In this document: positions 1 to 11,388 of the stretch, in pieces | Numbering within the stretch: position 1 is the stretch's first letter | Layout: every line of letters begins with the position of its first letter | NCBI GenBank assembly: GCA_000091205.1 | Contig: AP006489.2 | Length of the DNA stretch: 64,000 nt | Source of the DNA: Cyanidioschyzon merolae | Lineage: Eukaryota | Direction: 5' to 3' (one strand) | Notes under the pieces: generated by a model | The model's input: only the letters and a program-made list of their open reading frames with translations | Database searches by the model: none | What the model was told of the DNA's origin: nothing | Made by a program: the position numbers and the translations under genes

Positions 1-664
1 CGTCAAATTCGTATGCAGTTCAAACTGGCAGTGCACCGAGCTTTGTACCAATTCATTGCCCTTGATTCAGTCCAATCGAAGACATTTTTACTCTTTTCAA
101 ACGACTTTTTGTACGCTCACGAATCCATAGACGAGTCGTTTGCATCCATGACGCCGTTCTTGGACAAGCCGTTCTCTTCCAGCGCCAGTGATCAAATGCC
201 CTGTTACCGCTCTGCCCGTACACAGGAGCGGGGGTACGGAAAGGCGTGCTTCCGTCTGTGTGCAGATCGGCAATGGAGGACCTGACGAAAGGGTACTTGA
301 TGGATCTTGGAATCATCTATAGACAGAAAAGGTGAACGCCAGTTTCACTGTCCATCGGGCGGGTCTGAAACTAGAGGAATAGAAAACGGATAAATAGCAG
401 GTTAACTAGATGGATATAGAATCGTCAAGTCAACGAAAAGGCGAGGGAACTCCCTCACGAAGAAGGGATACATCTTCGAGAAAAGACGACGAAGGTGACC
501 AGGATCGACGAACTCTCGAAGCGCAAAGATGAGTCTGGAGTCATTGCGTTGGTCTCCCGAAGAATATACGTCAACGGGGAGAGACTTCGAAACAGCGATA
601 TGCAGGACGCCACCAGGAAACTTTCAGGATCTCACTCGAGATGTTTCGTCTCGAGTATCTCGAA

Positions 665-1965
665 TTGAGGTACCTCGTTACGAAGACATTCGCAGGGTTT
701 CCGCTCGTTTCGTTGCCAGCTGTTCACATGCTTCCGGAAGTTTTCGATCAAACCCTTTATGCGACATCACAACGGATGATCGTAGAATTAACAGTGCACA
801 CATGCGCTTCCCAGAATACCTTGACACGTTACCGCACCACATCGGCGTTTAGAACATCCACCGTGCAGGTTGTCACAGAGGATCCATTAGGGCTCGGCAA
901 CAAGATGCGGGTCCATACAGCGCACTTCATGCGGCAAACGATACGGGCATTATACCGTAACCTCGCTCGTCGATCATAGCAGGAAACGGCGGAAGGAATT
1001 CTCACTGTGTCGTTGGAGACAAATGACGAGCTGGTTATGGCGGAAGCGATATCGCAACGAAAGCGAGAATCGCTTCAGAGCGTCCAAACGCATCATGGCG
1101 CTTGGCATACGATCGTACGGATGAACATGGCACACAAAGGAAGGTCGCAACGGAATGACTTTCTTCGTTGTACCTTGCGCTTCCACGTCATCCAGAACAG
1201 AGCGTTTCCTGTCAAGCGTATGTGAGCGTCCACACACGGCTCCTGTGCCCGGTCTTTGGCAAGCGTCCATGAGATGACGCTAGTGCCGCCAGCAATATCG
1301 GTTGCACGCGGACAAGAAGCCGGCATCCGTTGTGTTCTTAGATGAGTTGAAACTGGCACTGACCCGAAAGCCGCGATTGTTTGCGCCCCAGCCTATGACA
1401 CTGCACATGCGGCAGCGTATAAAGGCTGTACTGATGCCCCTTCGGCGGGCGCATAGCGCGCTCGTAAATGATCCGACTGCCTACAGTGCCTGTCGACGCC
1501 TTTAGGACGAAATATAGGCATCACGTGCTCAGATGCACGCTGAAATACCTAGACAGGCTGTGCCAGAAACAGCATTGTCCCCATGAAATGATGCCCCAGC
1601 AGTCGACTGAGCATCACACAGCACGCTATGCAGAGGCTGGCGGCCCGCTACAGTGTGACTCCATCTGCAACCTTGCGCGCAGGCATTACGCGTTTCGTCA
1701 CAGACTTGAACGACTCGATCAGCATCCAGAACTTTCTCGTGCTTCCGCAGCGTCCAGCGCCTCTGTATCTAGCAAACATACGAGACTGCTGTATCGTACA
1801 CCGTGTAGATATTGTGCTGAAACGCTGCGTACTTGCGATGAAAAGCAATCTCATCATCCAGTCTAGGTCCAATTCGATTCCCATCTGTGCAGCACAGCAT
1901 GCTTCCGTTCAGTGCAAGCAATGCCAACAAGAGCCATGTACCGCCGAATATACAAATCGGTAACG
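665..1965. repeat. Left arm of a large inverted repeat (partner arm 14340-15635, about 98-99% identical, no indels across 974-1884)
   Basis: ORF pairs are mirror images with x+y=16291: 1468..1866(+) vs 14425..14823(-), 132 aa with 1 difference; 1093..1359(-) vs 14932..15198(+); 974..1270(-) vs 15021..15317(+); 641..979(+) vs 15312..15692(-). Similarity starts near 668 and ends near 1960, where the left arm carries one degenerate copy of the 63-bp minisatellite unit. Confidence 0.85.
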
Positions 1966-2371
1966 ATTTTCCCGGGCGACCCACGATGGAACAAATATGT
2001 TCCATGGCAAGATACCGCAGGGTACATACATGCAGCAATTGCACTGCACCGACCTACCTCGAGCGAGCAGTCGCGCTTCGACTCCGGCGACGACCAGGCA
2101 CTCCATAGCAGAGCGTTAACACCAAACCCGCCGTCTCGATAAACATCGAAAGCGCGTACCGCACGTACCGTCACGCGGCTACTTCAGCTCGAACCATTGC
2201 GCCTGAGTCGAAACATTCACGCTGCCCTGCTCAGCATCCGTACAGATACCAGACATGACGTTGTGTTCGAACGTTACAGCAGCTACGACTACGACAACTA
2301 CGGAATCTCCGCTATGTGCATGTCGATTCGAGATGCACCCATCCAATCCGTATGTTTGATCTTGCAGCGAT

Positions 2372-4270
2372 TTACGGCTCCATCATGTGCGGGTAGCGCC
2401 AGTCGTCAGGCGGTAGAAAACTTTCCTTGATGGCTCGTGCACTCGTCCAACGCAGTAAATTCAGCACGCTGCCGCTTTTGTCATTGGTACCACTCTGACG
2501 CGCGCCTCCAAACGGCTGCTGACCCACAATCGATCCGGTGCACTTGTCGTTGATGTAGAAATTGCCTGCTGCATCGCGTAAGCGATCCGTCAGGGCCATC
2601 ACCGCGCTGCGCTCTCGAGCAAATATTGCACCCGTCAACGCATAATCCGTCCCGTACAGGGCGTGATCCAACGCTGACTCCATTTCAGTGTCCCGATAGA
2701 CATAGACGGTGAGCACTGGACCGAAGATCTCCTCTCGCATGGTGACAAAATCGGGATCTCGGGTCTCGATCAGTGTTGGCTGGATGAAATAGCCGACACG
2801 ATCGTCGCATGAACCACCGTGGATAATCTTCGCGACGGGATTCATTTGCTGTGACGCAGTCCGAGCTTGTTCAATGTAGTTTCGGATTCGCTCGAAGGCC
2901 TGGCGATTGATGACTGCAGACATGAAAATCGAGAAATCCTCCACTGGGCCCTGTTTGATCTGCTGCATCTCGCGAACCAGGCGATCACGCAGTGTTGGCC
3001 AGAGCGACGACGGTACGTACAATCGAGAGGTGGCCGAGCACTTCTGGCCCTGGTACTCAAAGGCTCCGCGGATGGTATGTGGTACGACCCAGTCCAGATC
3101 TGCGCTGGGGTGCACAAAGTGAAAATTCTTACCGCCGGTTTCGCCCACAATGCGAGGGTAATTGCGATAATGCGGGAGGTTGCTCGCAACCTGTTGCCAA
3201 ATCGTGCGGAATGTTCGCGTGCTCCCAGTGAAATGGACACCCGCCAGTGCTGGATGCTGGAGGCAGGCACGACTGAACGATGGTCCGTCTCCGGGAAGGA
3301 ACTGGATCACACCCTCGGGGAGGCCCGCTTCCCGCAGAACCTGATACACAAACCACGAACTCAGTTCGGTGTTCGGTGACGGCTTCCAAAGTGCCACATT
3401 GCCCATGATCGCCGGGCTGCTCGGCAGGTTCGCCCCTATCGCAGTAAAATTGAAGGGGCTTATTGCCGCCACAAAACCCTCGAGCGGGCGCCATTCCAGC
3501 CGGTTCCAAACACCACGAGGAAAGTGCTCCGGCGGCTGCATATTGTAAATCTCGCGCATGTACTTGACCCCGAAACGCCAAAAGTCTATCGTTTCGACCG
3601 CGGCATCGATTTCAGCCTGCCATACGTTCTTTGATTGGCCAAACATCGTTGCGGCATTGAGTCGATATCGATATTTTTGAGAGGCAAGTTCAGCAGCTTT
3701 TAGAAAGATAGCTGCACGCTCGTCGGCAGGCGTTCGACTCCAGCGCTCGCGAGCCTCCAATGCGCCCTGAATCGCTTTCTGTACCAGTTGGCCGTCGAGC
3801 GGGCGGTACAACGCAATCACTCGCCGGTGATCGTGAGGCATGACCTGTTCTACGGGTTCAGCATCATCAAAGTATTCCTTACCGTTGACAACGCAAGGTA
3901 CACGAACGGGAAACTGGCTTTTCAGAGCTTCCAGCTCTGCTTTGAGCGCTGCCCGCTCCCTCGATCCGGGCGCATAGTGTTTGTACGTTTCGTTTTCGAT
4001 TGGCGGAAGCTGTGCGTTTCCCAAAATATGTCCGAACGCATTCAGCGCTCCCACACTACCGACAGCAGCAGCACTTGGCGTCGGTGCATCAGCAACAGAG
4101 GTGCGAACCGTGCGATGCTGGAGCGCGCGCTTCGAAAGCTGCTCGGGCGCTGCTCGTCGCTGTTTCCATGCTTTGCCTGAAGTTGCGCTCAGTAACGCTC
4201 CGGGTAGTTGTAAGCGTGCTCCTAGATTGCGCACTTGGTAAATAGCAGGCATAACCTTTCCAAACTCCAT
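2372..4270 (-). CDS. P5CDH: Delta-1-pyrroline-5-carboxylate dehydrogenase (ALDH4A1-type aldehyde dehydrogenase), with a presequence-like N-terminus
   Basis: 632-aa ORF with ALDH-fold signatures: catalytic Cys context FEYQGQKCSATSRLYVPSSLWP, GETGGKNFHFVHPSADLD and NAxxFGQ motifs. Length and motifs match mitochondrial P5CDH. Confidence 0.85.
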   Translation of the reverse strand: MEFGKVMPAIYQVRNLGARLQLPGALLSATSGKAWKQRRAAPEQLSKRALQHRTVRTSVADAPTPSAAAVGSVGALNAFGHILGNAQLPPIENETYKHYAPGSRERAALKAELEALKSQFPVRVPCVVNGKEYFDDAEPVEQVMPHDHRRVIALYRPLDGQLVQKAIQGALEARERWSRTPADERAAIFLKAAELASQKYRYRLNAATMFGQSKNVWQAEIDAAVETIDFWRFGVKYMREIYNMQPPEHFPRGVWNRLEWRPLEGFVAAISPFNFTAIGANLPSSPAIMGNVALWKPSPNTELSSWFVYQVLREAGLPEGVIQFLPGDGPSFSRACLQHPALAGVHFTGSTRTFRTIWQQVASNLPHYRNYPRIVGETGGKNFHFVHPSADLDWVVPHTIRGAFEYQGQKCSATSRLYVPSSLWPTLRDRLVREMQQIKQGPVEDFSIFMSAVINRQAFERIRNYIEQARTASQQMNPVAKIIHGGSCDDRVGYFIQPTLIETRDPDFVTMREEIFGPVLTVYVYRDTEMESALDHALYGTDYALTGAIFARERSAVMALTDRLRDAAGNFYINDKCTGSIVGQQPFGGARQSGTNDKSGSVLNLLRWTSARAIKESFLPPDDWRYPHMMEP

Positions 4271-4413
4271 CGGTCCCCGTCTCTATACTTTGACTCGCCT
4301 TGCCTGAGAGCACTTTGGGCGGAATCGGAGGTGCAGCCTCTCCAAGCGATATGCGCCAGACATCGTACTCGAGGCCGTCGTTGCCGCCGCCAGCGCCACC
4401 GCCAGCGTCTTCA

Positions 4414-4878
4414 TACACCGCTGATGTGTACCTCTGATGGGAAGCGTCGACAGTGGAACACGGAAGGAGGACGATGCATAATCGATGCTTCTGTATTCGC
4501 TGGTACGGTGCGTATAATCGGGGATCACTTACACCGCTGATGTGTACCTCTGATGGGAAGCGTCGACAGTGGAACACGGAAGGAGGACGATGGATAATCG
4601 ATGCTTCTGTAATCGCTGGTACGGTGCGTATAACCGGGGATCACTTACACCGCTGATGTGTACCTCTGATGGGAAGCGTCGACAGTGGAACACGGAAGGA
4701 GGACAATGGATAATCGATGCTTCCGTATTCGTTGGTACGGAGCGTATAACCGGGGATCACTTACACCGCTGATGTGTACATCTGATGGGTAGCGTCGACA
4801 GTGGAACACGGAAGGAGGACGATGGATAATCGATGCTTCTGTATTCGCTGGTACGGTGCGTATAATCGGGGATCTCTG
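4414..4878. repeat. 116-bp minisatellite, about 4 tandem copies, immediately 5' of the P5CDH start
   Basis: Identical ORF starts recur at 4453, 4569 and 4801 (116 and 232 bp apart). The unit 'caccgctgatgtgtacctctgatgggaagcgtcgacagtggaacacggaaggaggac...' is read directly with few mismatches. Confidence 0.85.
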
Positions 4879-5402
4879 GTCTGTATGGAAACGTTCTGTC
4901 AAACAAATCGAAAAAATAGAACGCGGATCCGTTCGTCACTGCTCGTCGCGTTGTTCAGAATGCCGATGAGCAGGCGCAATGCGACACTACGGCATGCAGC
5001 GGGGATTCTGTTTTTCCAGCGGCATTCAGAGACACTCGCAACAACAATAGCGTATGCTGGTAGACAGACTAGAAAACACAGATGTCGTTGGATGCGCAAT
5101 CAATGGATCTTTTCTTCAGACGCTCCTGCTGCGCGCTGCACAAAACAGAAATCTTGCGTTTGTCGATGCCTTCGAGAGACGGCACCTGGCATGCCAGCTG
5201 CATGCTTGGCGCTGTGCCAAGCGCGCAAAAAAACGGGACCTGCAGTCCATCAAGGTACAGAAGGGATCTTGTATTGTCAAGTGACAGGCATTTCTCGTGG
5301 AAAAACGCTCTTGCTCGAACACGTTCATCGAGACTCGTAACGATGGTGATCGATGTGTTCACACCAAGTTGGCGCTCGCGCTGGATTCCCTGTTATGGAC
5401 AG

Positions 5403-5590
5403 AGCGCAGAACACGAGGAAAACTGCATATCGACAGATTTGGTCTGTATTTTACCACCGCTTGGCAACGATCCATCAACGCGATGGTATAGTCGCGCACA
5501 ATACGAGGAAAACTGCATATCGACAGATTTGGTCTGTATTTTACCACCGCTTGGCAACGATCCATCAACGCAATCATAGAGTATGCAGCG
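5403..5590. repeat. About 94-bp tandem duplication (2 copies)
   Basis: The motif 'acgaggaaaactgcatatcgacagatttggtctgtattttaccaccgcttggcaacgatccatcaacgc' occurs twice head to tail (5416 and 5510). Confidence 0.8.
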
Positions 5591-6004
5591 TTCCTCATCT
5601 GGTTATCGGTGCTGCGTGCCGAGCTTCCGTATGACGGCGGCTGTAGCAACATTCCAAAACCGAAATCCTTCCGTGGTGCATCAGTTGCAGTGATCCCGCC
5701 CAGTGTCGAACGCGCGGATCTGATTGTCCACCAAATATCTCCAAGTACCATCCTCGCCGCCGTCATCCTCCTCGTCCACGTCCTTCTCGTCGTCGTCATC
5801 GAGAAACATTGTGGAGGTATCTACCAAACGACACAGCGGCAGAATCACTGTACACACCTCTGAGAATCCCTTCGAGCAGTCTCGCTGACAGGCAGCGTCA
5901 ACGCACCTGTCACGCGAGCTATACGTTTATGCACGCCATTTCAGCTGCCTTCATCCTGCCTGGTATGCTTCTCCGCCGATGCGGTGGCATTAGAGTCGAA
6001 GCTT

Positions 6005-7882
6005 TCAATAAATATTTCGACTGTAGAGGTAATGACGCCACTCGCGACGATCCCACAGGTTTTCGATGTAATTAAGGATCGCTGCGTCCACATCGAACCC
6101 GACGAGATCCGTGGTGTTCACACACACGATCTTCGGCTCTGTGAGACGGGTGAGGCCCTCCTCCGGTGTCATGATGTAGCGGGGCGGCGTTTTAGCCTCT
6201 TCCCCTGTGGTGTTACTCCAGCATGACACCTTCAAGTTGAAGTGCTGCTTCATAAGAAGTCGAGTTCCTTCCTGCGGGATCTTCCGCTGATTGCGGTGCA
6301 AGAACATGACAGAACGTCCCATTTTCTCGAGCCGTGCAAGGACATGTTTCCGTGCCGATCCATTCGTGGCGAGCGCGGGTGTCCTGACCAGTTCCTCCGG
6401 AAACGGCCAGAATTGCAACATGCCATGACCCTGAAACAATCCGTGATCGTCGTAGAAGCCCACTGATCCCAGAGCTATCGGTGTAATTTCGGATGGCTCA
6501 TGCAGCGCGAGCGCAGCTAGACGGTACGAGTCCTTGTCGCCGTACAAGTGCCGATAGAAAAAGTCTCGATGGTGGTACATGTACACGGCAAGCATCAAAG
6601 GGCGCCAAAAGCTTCGTTTGCGGTCGATATCACGCCGACGGAGCAGAATCTGACCCGATTCGGAACCGCGCCTGTCCTCTATACGGATGCCACAGGCCTG
6701 CTGCTCGCTTCCAGGCTCCGTGTACTCTACGGTGCCTTCGTACTGGGAGCATGGTGGCGGCCCCAGGGCTTTCAGCATCGTTCGGTACGGAACCAGACGG
6801 CGATAATCTGACGGTTCAAAGAGGCCAAAATAATCGGTCCAGAAAAATCCACCGATATCGCCAAGTCCAAATTTTCCAACGCCAAACAGACCGGTCGGGT
6901 CCAGCAATGGGATATTGTCACTGTCGAGAACAAGGATTTCATCGTACATGCTCAGCACCATCGCAAATACCTTGAGTCCGTATCCCTCAATGTGCAGCTG
7001 TTGCGGACATGACGCATACCAGTTTCGGGTCGTAGCGGAGCCGTTCGCGCGCAGCTCATAAGCCCGTTGGGCAACCTGCTGAATATTTCGGAAGACAACG
7101 GGCGCGAACGTCTTTCGGACCCATGCTTCCAGACCAGGTGTAGGCGCTTCGCCGGCATCCTGGTAGAAGATCTCAACCGGCAGCCGGCATCCAGCACGAT
7201 CTCGCAGGGCCTGCAAAGCCACGAGTCCTAGTTGCATGAGTCCGGGCCCTCCAGCTGGTATCACCACGGCCCTTGTAGCAGTATCCTTGCCGAGTCCGCG
7301 GCGCTGTGCTCGTGCTGGCTGAGGCGGCGGTGACGGTATGGCGGCCATGAATGCCCTCCAGGCATGTGCATGCCCCCGTATGCGTTGCTCATCGTCGTCG
7401 CCCTGGCCTTCTGCGTGTTTCACGTAAACCTCGTGCGCGGAACAGAGCGCATTTTCAATACCGATCCAAACCTTGGCGAGCTCTGTCAACTCCTCAGTCG
7501 TCCAGGGCTCGGGCGCAAGCTCCCAGCCCGACAGGCCGCTGGGCACAACTTTCGACGCATCCTCCGAGTCGCCCTCGGGCTGGGCACCGTGCGGTTCCAG
7601 TGGCGCCGAGCCGACTCCCGTGGGATGCTCCGGCGAATTCGCGTAGCTTTTGAAACGCTGCTGCGACCGAGACAGGGTCAAGTGAAACAAGAGCCCAAAC
7701 AGGAGCAGACCACATAGCACGCCAAGGATCCTCTTCGTGCCCGGCGCCGTGTCCTGCAACAGCGTACCCCACTTGTTCCGTATTCCACGGAACCTGGAGG
7801 CAAGTCTCGGTGCCATAGTCACCGGCAAACCGTCAAGCTCCAAGCGCTTGGAAGTGACTAGTCCATCCCCCGCCGATGACAA
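6005..7882 (-). CDS. Type II membrane glycosyltransferase (nucleotide-diphospho-sugar transferase fold; MNN2/GT71-like DxD-type motif)
   Basis: 625 aa. N-terminal TM helix (ILGVLCGLLLFGLLFHLTL) follows a short cytoplasmic tail. The core 'GYGLKVFAMVLSMYDEILVLDSDNIPLLDPTGLF' resembles the GWxxKxxAL..FxE..xLDADN block of Golgi mannosyltransferases, and a GDKD motif lies downstream. Confidence 0.5.
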   Translation of the reverse strand: MSSAGDGLVTSKRLELDGLPVTMAPRLASRFRGIRNKWGTLLQDTAPGTKRILGVLCGLLLFGLLFHLTLSRSQQRFKSYANSPEHPTGVGSAPLEPHGAQPEGDSEDASKVVPSGLSGWELAPEPWTTEELTELAKVWIGIENALCSAHEVYVKHAEGQGDDDEQRIRGHAHAWRAFMAAIPSPPPQPARAQRRGLGKDTATRAVVIPAGGPGLMQLGLVALQALRDRAGCRLPVEIFYQDAGEAPTPGLEAWVRKTFAPVVFRNIQQVAQRAYELRANGSATTRNWYASCPQQLHIEGYGLKVFAMVLSMYDEILVLDSDNIPLLDPTGLFGVGKFGLGDIGGFFWTDYFGLFEPSDYRRLVPYRTMLKALGPPPCSQYEGTVEYTEPGSEQQACGIRIEDRRGSESGQILLRRRDIDRKRSFWRPLMLAVYMYHHRDFFYRHLYGDKDSYRLAALALHEPSEITPIALGSVGFYDDHGLFQGHGMLQFWPFPEELVRTPALATNGSARKHVLARLEKMGRSVMFLHRNQRKIPQEGTRLLMKQHFNLKVSCWSNTTGEEAKTPPRYIMTPEEGLTRLTEPKIVCVNTTDLVGFDVDAAILNYIENLWDRREWRHYLYSRNIY

Positions 7883-8576
7883 GCATCAGAGGCATGACGC
7901 TCGCGGGAAGGCGACCCCGCGGGACGTATCGACCTCTACGTCCCCGGTTTCCGACGCGGGTACGGATCGCGGCGGCAGCGGCGGCGGCAGCGGCATATCC
8001 GTTGCTGCACCGAATTCTGGCATCGATCCGTGGTCAATCTAGACGTTTTGTCATATGGAAAACGATCCGTTGCTGCGGCAGTAGCGTCGACGGCACGCGC
8101 TTGGCGTCATCAGACGAGGTGTTTAGCGGCGCTGGAGAGCGACGACGGCTGCGACCCTTGCTATCCCCTAGTGCTAGCAGCGCCAGCAGCAGCAGATCGA
8201 CTCCTGCGGGCTGCGCCCTACGACGCTTCCCATCGACACACAAACACACAAACATACCCACACATTCACACAGATACCCAAATCCAGGTACAAAGCGAGA
8301 GTCTGAGATACAAGTCGTACGTTCCCTGTTGTCGTTGTGCGAGGCTCACCTGCGCGCACCAGGCCAGCAGGCCCGACCGCGCGCTCTACTACTATGGCGG
8401 GACATGCTGCATCATGAATGCTCGCTCCGATACCAGTGTCTGTCGCATCATCGCGTATCTGTACGCTGTGATGGAACCCCGTGCCCGCAACCCAGCGCAA
8501 CTGCGAATGCGTACGGTCTACCCGGACACGCACCGTCAGGAACGCTTATGGATAATATGGAACCAAAACATACCAT
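7883..8576. promoter_or_regulatory. Divergent intergenic region between the glycosyltransferase (-) and Rtf1-like (+) genes. Contains (GCGGCG/GCAGCG)n and CA-rich tracts
   Basis: Inferred from position between two divergently oriented ORFs, plus low-complexity GC and CA tracts (7960-8000, 8235-8285). No promoter motifs could be confirmed. Confidence 0.2.
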
Positions 8577-10979
8577 TTGATCCCATTTAATCCAGTCCAT
8601 CGGTGCAGCGTCTCCCGATCCACCACATCGATGGCTGGTATCCAGGAGCCGGAGCTGGTGCGGCTTTTCTCGCAGAAGCACCACGACACTGGCAGCGCTT
8701 GTCCTGATCGAGTTCTGATCGGAAGCAGGCGTGTCAGCATGCGACGTAGTCGGGGAAAGTCCGCAAGGCGAAGCCGCAAGCTGGAGCCATGGGAGCTGTC
8801 CAGCGACGACGATGAAGACGGTGCGTTGGCGTCGGGTTCAGGCGACAGCGATGAGAGCTTTGCGAGTGTTTCGGACACAGAGCGTGCGCGTGCTGTGAAC
8901 CAGGTATCGACAGAGACCTCTGGTCGTGCGATGCTACGGGGCAAACGAGTGTCTGGCGCAGCTGCCGCTGGATCCAGCACGGACGACGCTGGCACGCTCC
9001 AGGACCCTGAGAGCAGAGTGAAGCGGCAGCGCGCGGCGCGTCCCAAGGACGACCGACGGACCGGGAGCGACGCGGATACGGACAACCTGGTAAACGCTGA
9101 CACCGCCGCTGAGAAGGCCAAGGAAGCGTCGACTCAGGACCTGAGCGAGCTGGAAGATATCGAAACGGAACCCGAATTCGACGACGGCTACGACGCCGAG
9201 GGTTACGGCGATGAACAGGATCGTGCGCACCTCCTCTCCCTGACGGCAGTCGAACGGGAAACCATTCTTGCAGAGCGCTTCGAGCGCCGACAGAGGGAGT
9301 ACGAAGCATACTTGTTCCGAAAAGCGCTTCGTGAGCGCCGGCGTGCCGCCATCGACGCTCGAAAGCAGCAGCGGGATGCCTCCAGTGCTGACAAGGCAAC
9401 GCTTGCCGAACGTGAAAGAGCGAAAAAGAGAACCCGCAAACAGGCTTTAGATGCCTTAGCACAAGCAAAGAGGCGAGATAAATCGTCTTCTCGGAGGCGT
9501 GCCAGCGATAGCGAGGCATTATCGCAGGCGTCGGATCTCGATGAAAGTGACTGGAGTGCAACACATCCGCCGGGGCTCTCGGAGACCGACTCGGTATCCG
9601 ACATGCCCCACGGTACCGATGAAGAGGAGGATGGTGCTCAGCGCCGTCGCCGTGGCACCCTGCCCGTTTCGGCTAGCGCGAGCGTTCAACGAAGAACTCC
9701 CGTAGAGCGTTCCCACGGCCTGTTGTCGAAGACCATGACATTCGCGGACCTGGTAGATCCACAGACCGGAGCACCGTCACCGCTTGTGTTGACGCGCGGA
9801 CTTGTGGAACGATTCCATCAGAAGCCATGGTTCACTCGGTTTGCTCTGGGTTCGTTCGTGCGAGTGCCGTTACCGCCCACAGCAAGCGCGAATGCCACGT
9901 CGTCGACACCACAGCAACTGCAACAGTACGTTTTGGCGCGTGTAAGTGCGATCCTGAAGGCACCGAGGCTGTACCCGGTACCGTCGACGCAGGTCGTCGA
10001 GGGCGGGCGCCCCGCACCGCCATTCAAAGTAGGGTTTCGGATTCAGGCAGAGCTCTGCGGTCGTCAAAGGCGCTTTTCGGTTGATCAGCTGTCACGGCAC
10101 GCTCCATCAGAGCTCGAGTGGTTGCACTACGAGAAACGTCACCAGGAGCAACGCCTGCCGCTCCCGTCTCGAGATGAGGTCGAAGCGCTGCGAGCCGAGA
10201 AGCTCGCGTTCATGCGAGGCGAGATCCCTGCGACACCCGAGGAGATTGCCGATTTCCAAGCCGAGTTTGAACGTCTTCACCCCGAAGCCGTGAATTATGC
10301 TCGTCGTATCACACAGGTACGGGCGCAACTGGCGCACGCTCAGGAAGCAGGCGACATGGAGAAGCAAAACGCGTTGGCGGCAGAACTGGAGCGCTTGGCG
10401 GAACTCGAGACTCGTTATGGACAGCGCCCGCGTGAGGGCTCGTCCAACGAACAAGTACGTGATATGCTGCTATCGAGAAGGCATCATATGCCGTCGACAG
10501 AGTCCAAGTTCACACCACAGCGTCCAGCTCCGGAAGCGGAACTCCCGCTGGCAGCCTCGCTCATGCTGCTGAAACGCACTGTCGAGGAGCAGAACGCTGT
10601 GGAGCTGGATCCTTTCGCGCGTCGCGTCGCGCGGGGCACGAGTTACTTCTTCACACCCAGCAAAGCGACGTCCTCTGAGGCAGCCACCGACGCAAGTGCA
10701 TCGCTCGAGTCGGAGACCAGGCGGAGCATCGGTGCTACCGGGCAACCGCCACCGCCTCCGCCTCCGCCTCGTGAAGCGAATATCCCAGCGAACGCACATC
10801 GCGCAGAGGCCTTGCGGGAACTCATCCCTCAAATAGAGCGTTGGCTATGGTATGGCCCGCTTTTGGAGCCTTTACGCAATGTCGAATTATCATCGGCTGA
10901 TGAGGATGTGTTCCTTGCTTCTCGCGCGCGCTTTGAGCACCTTCGACGCGCCCAGGGCGATGCGTCTGTCGCGCTCTGA
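8577..10979 (+). CDS. RTF1: Rtf1-like Paf1-complex protein (Plus3 domain) with acidic/Ser-rich N-terminus and coiled-coil C-terminus
   Basis: The Plus3-like block 'LTRGLVERFHQKPWFTRFALGSFVRVPLPP...YVLARVSAI...RRFSVDQLSRHAPSELEWLHY' matches the Plus3 consensus (PFFe..v.GcfVRv ... Yrla.I ... fsl..iSn..ft.eE...w). Charged K/E/R coiled-coil regions flank it. The true start is probably an internal Met (MAGIQEP or MRRSRGK). Confidence 0.55.
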   Translation: MIPFNPVHRCSVSRSTTSMAGIQEPELVRLFSQKHHDTGSACPDRVLIGSRRVSMRRSRGKSARRSRKLEPWELSSDDDEDGALASGSGDSDESFASVSDTERARAVNQVSTETSGRAMLRGKRVSGAAAAGSSTDDAGTLQDPESRVKRQRAARPKDDRRTGSDADTDNLVNADTAAEKAKEASTQDLSELEDIETEPEFDDGYDAEGYGDEQDRAHLLSLTAVERETILAERFERRQREYEAYLFRKALRERRRAAIDARKQQRDASSADKATLAERERAKKRTRKQALDALAQAKRRDKSSSRRRASDSEALSQASDLDESDWSATHPPGLSETDSVSDMPHGTDEEEDGAQRRRRGTLPVSASASVQRRTPVERSHGLLSKTMTFADLVDPQTGAPSPLVLTRGLVERFHQKPWFTRFALGSFVRVPLPPTASANATSSTPQQLQQYVLARVSAILKAPRLYPVPSTQVVEGGRPAPPFKVGFRIQAELCGRQRRFSVDQLSRHAPSELEWLHYEKRHQEQRLPLPSRDEVEALRAEKLAFMRGEIPATPEEIADFQAEFERLHPEAVNYARRITQVRAQLAHAQEAGDMEKQNALAAELERLAELETRYGQRPREGSSNEQVRDMLLSRRHHMPSTESKFTPQRPAPEAELPLAASLMLLKRTVEEQNAVELDPFARRVARGTSYFFTPSKATSSEAATDASASLESETRRSIGATGQPPPPPPPPREANIPANAHRAEALRELIPQIERWLWYGPLLEPLRNVELSSADEDVFLASRARFEHLRRAQGDASVAL

Positions 10980-11388
10980 CTCGGTCGGGTCCGCTGGCTG
11001 GGGGCAAATACCAGTGATGTGCCCGGGACGGTCTGCTGCAACTGGCGACTGTCGTGCTGCGGCTCGTGATCCAGGGTGTACGCTGGCAAGCGCGAGCGTG
11101 CGCTTGGAACACTAGAAAAAAGAGACAAGTTCGTGGTGTGCCCGTCGACGCCGTGCGTGAAACGTTGCGCGTCTCATGCGCTTGTCCGCCAACCACAGCG
11201 TTGCTGCTGCGTTTTCGAGCAGCATTGGCGACCTGGTGCACTCATGGTCACATGATTAGACGCGGTACCTGGTCGGTAGCGCAGGTCACTGGTTTGGGAA
11301 TGCCGTCCGCGTTTCTTCTTGTCGCGATGGACGTCACCGCAGCACGGTAAAAGCACGAACCCTCGGATCTGGGCGCCCAAGGCCGATT

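Noticed and set aside
2842-3581. Several 70-170-aa ORFs inside or antisense to P5CDH (e.g. 2867..3379 +, 3129..3581 -). Similar nested ORFs lie within the Rtf1-like, PP2C, LpxB and PRODH genes
   Set aside because: High GC content keeps alternative and antisense frames open. None has a recognisable domain, and all overlap a confidently assigned gene.
4414-4878. Could the regular tandem arrays (116-bp, 94-bp, 84-bp and 63-bp units) be CRISPR arrays?
   Set aside because: The units are contiguous with no unique spacers, their lengths are far outside CRISPR repeat/spacer geometry, and the context is eukaryotic (LINE RT, Hog domain, PP2C, Rtf1).
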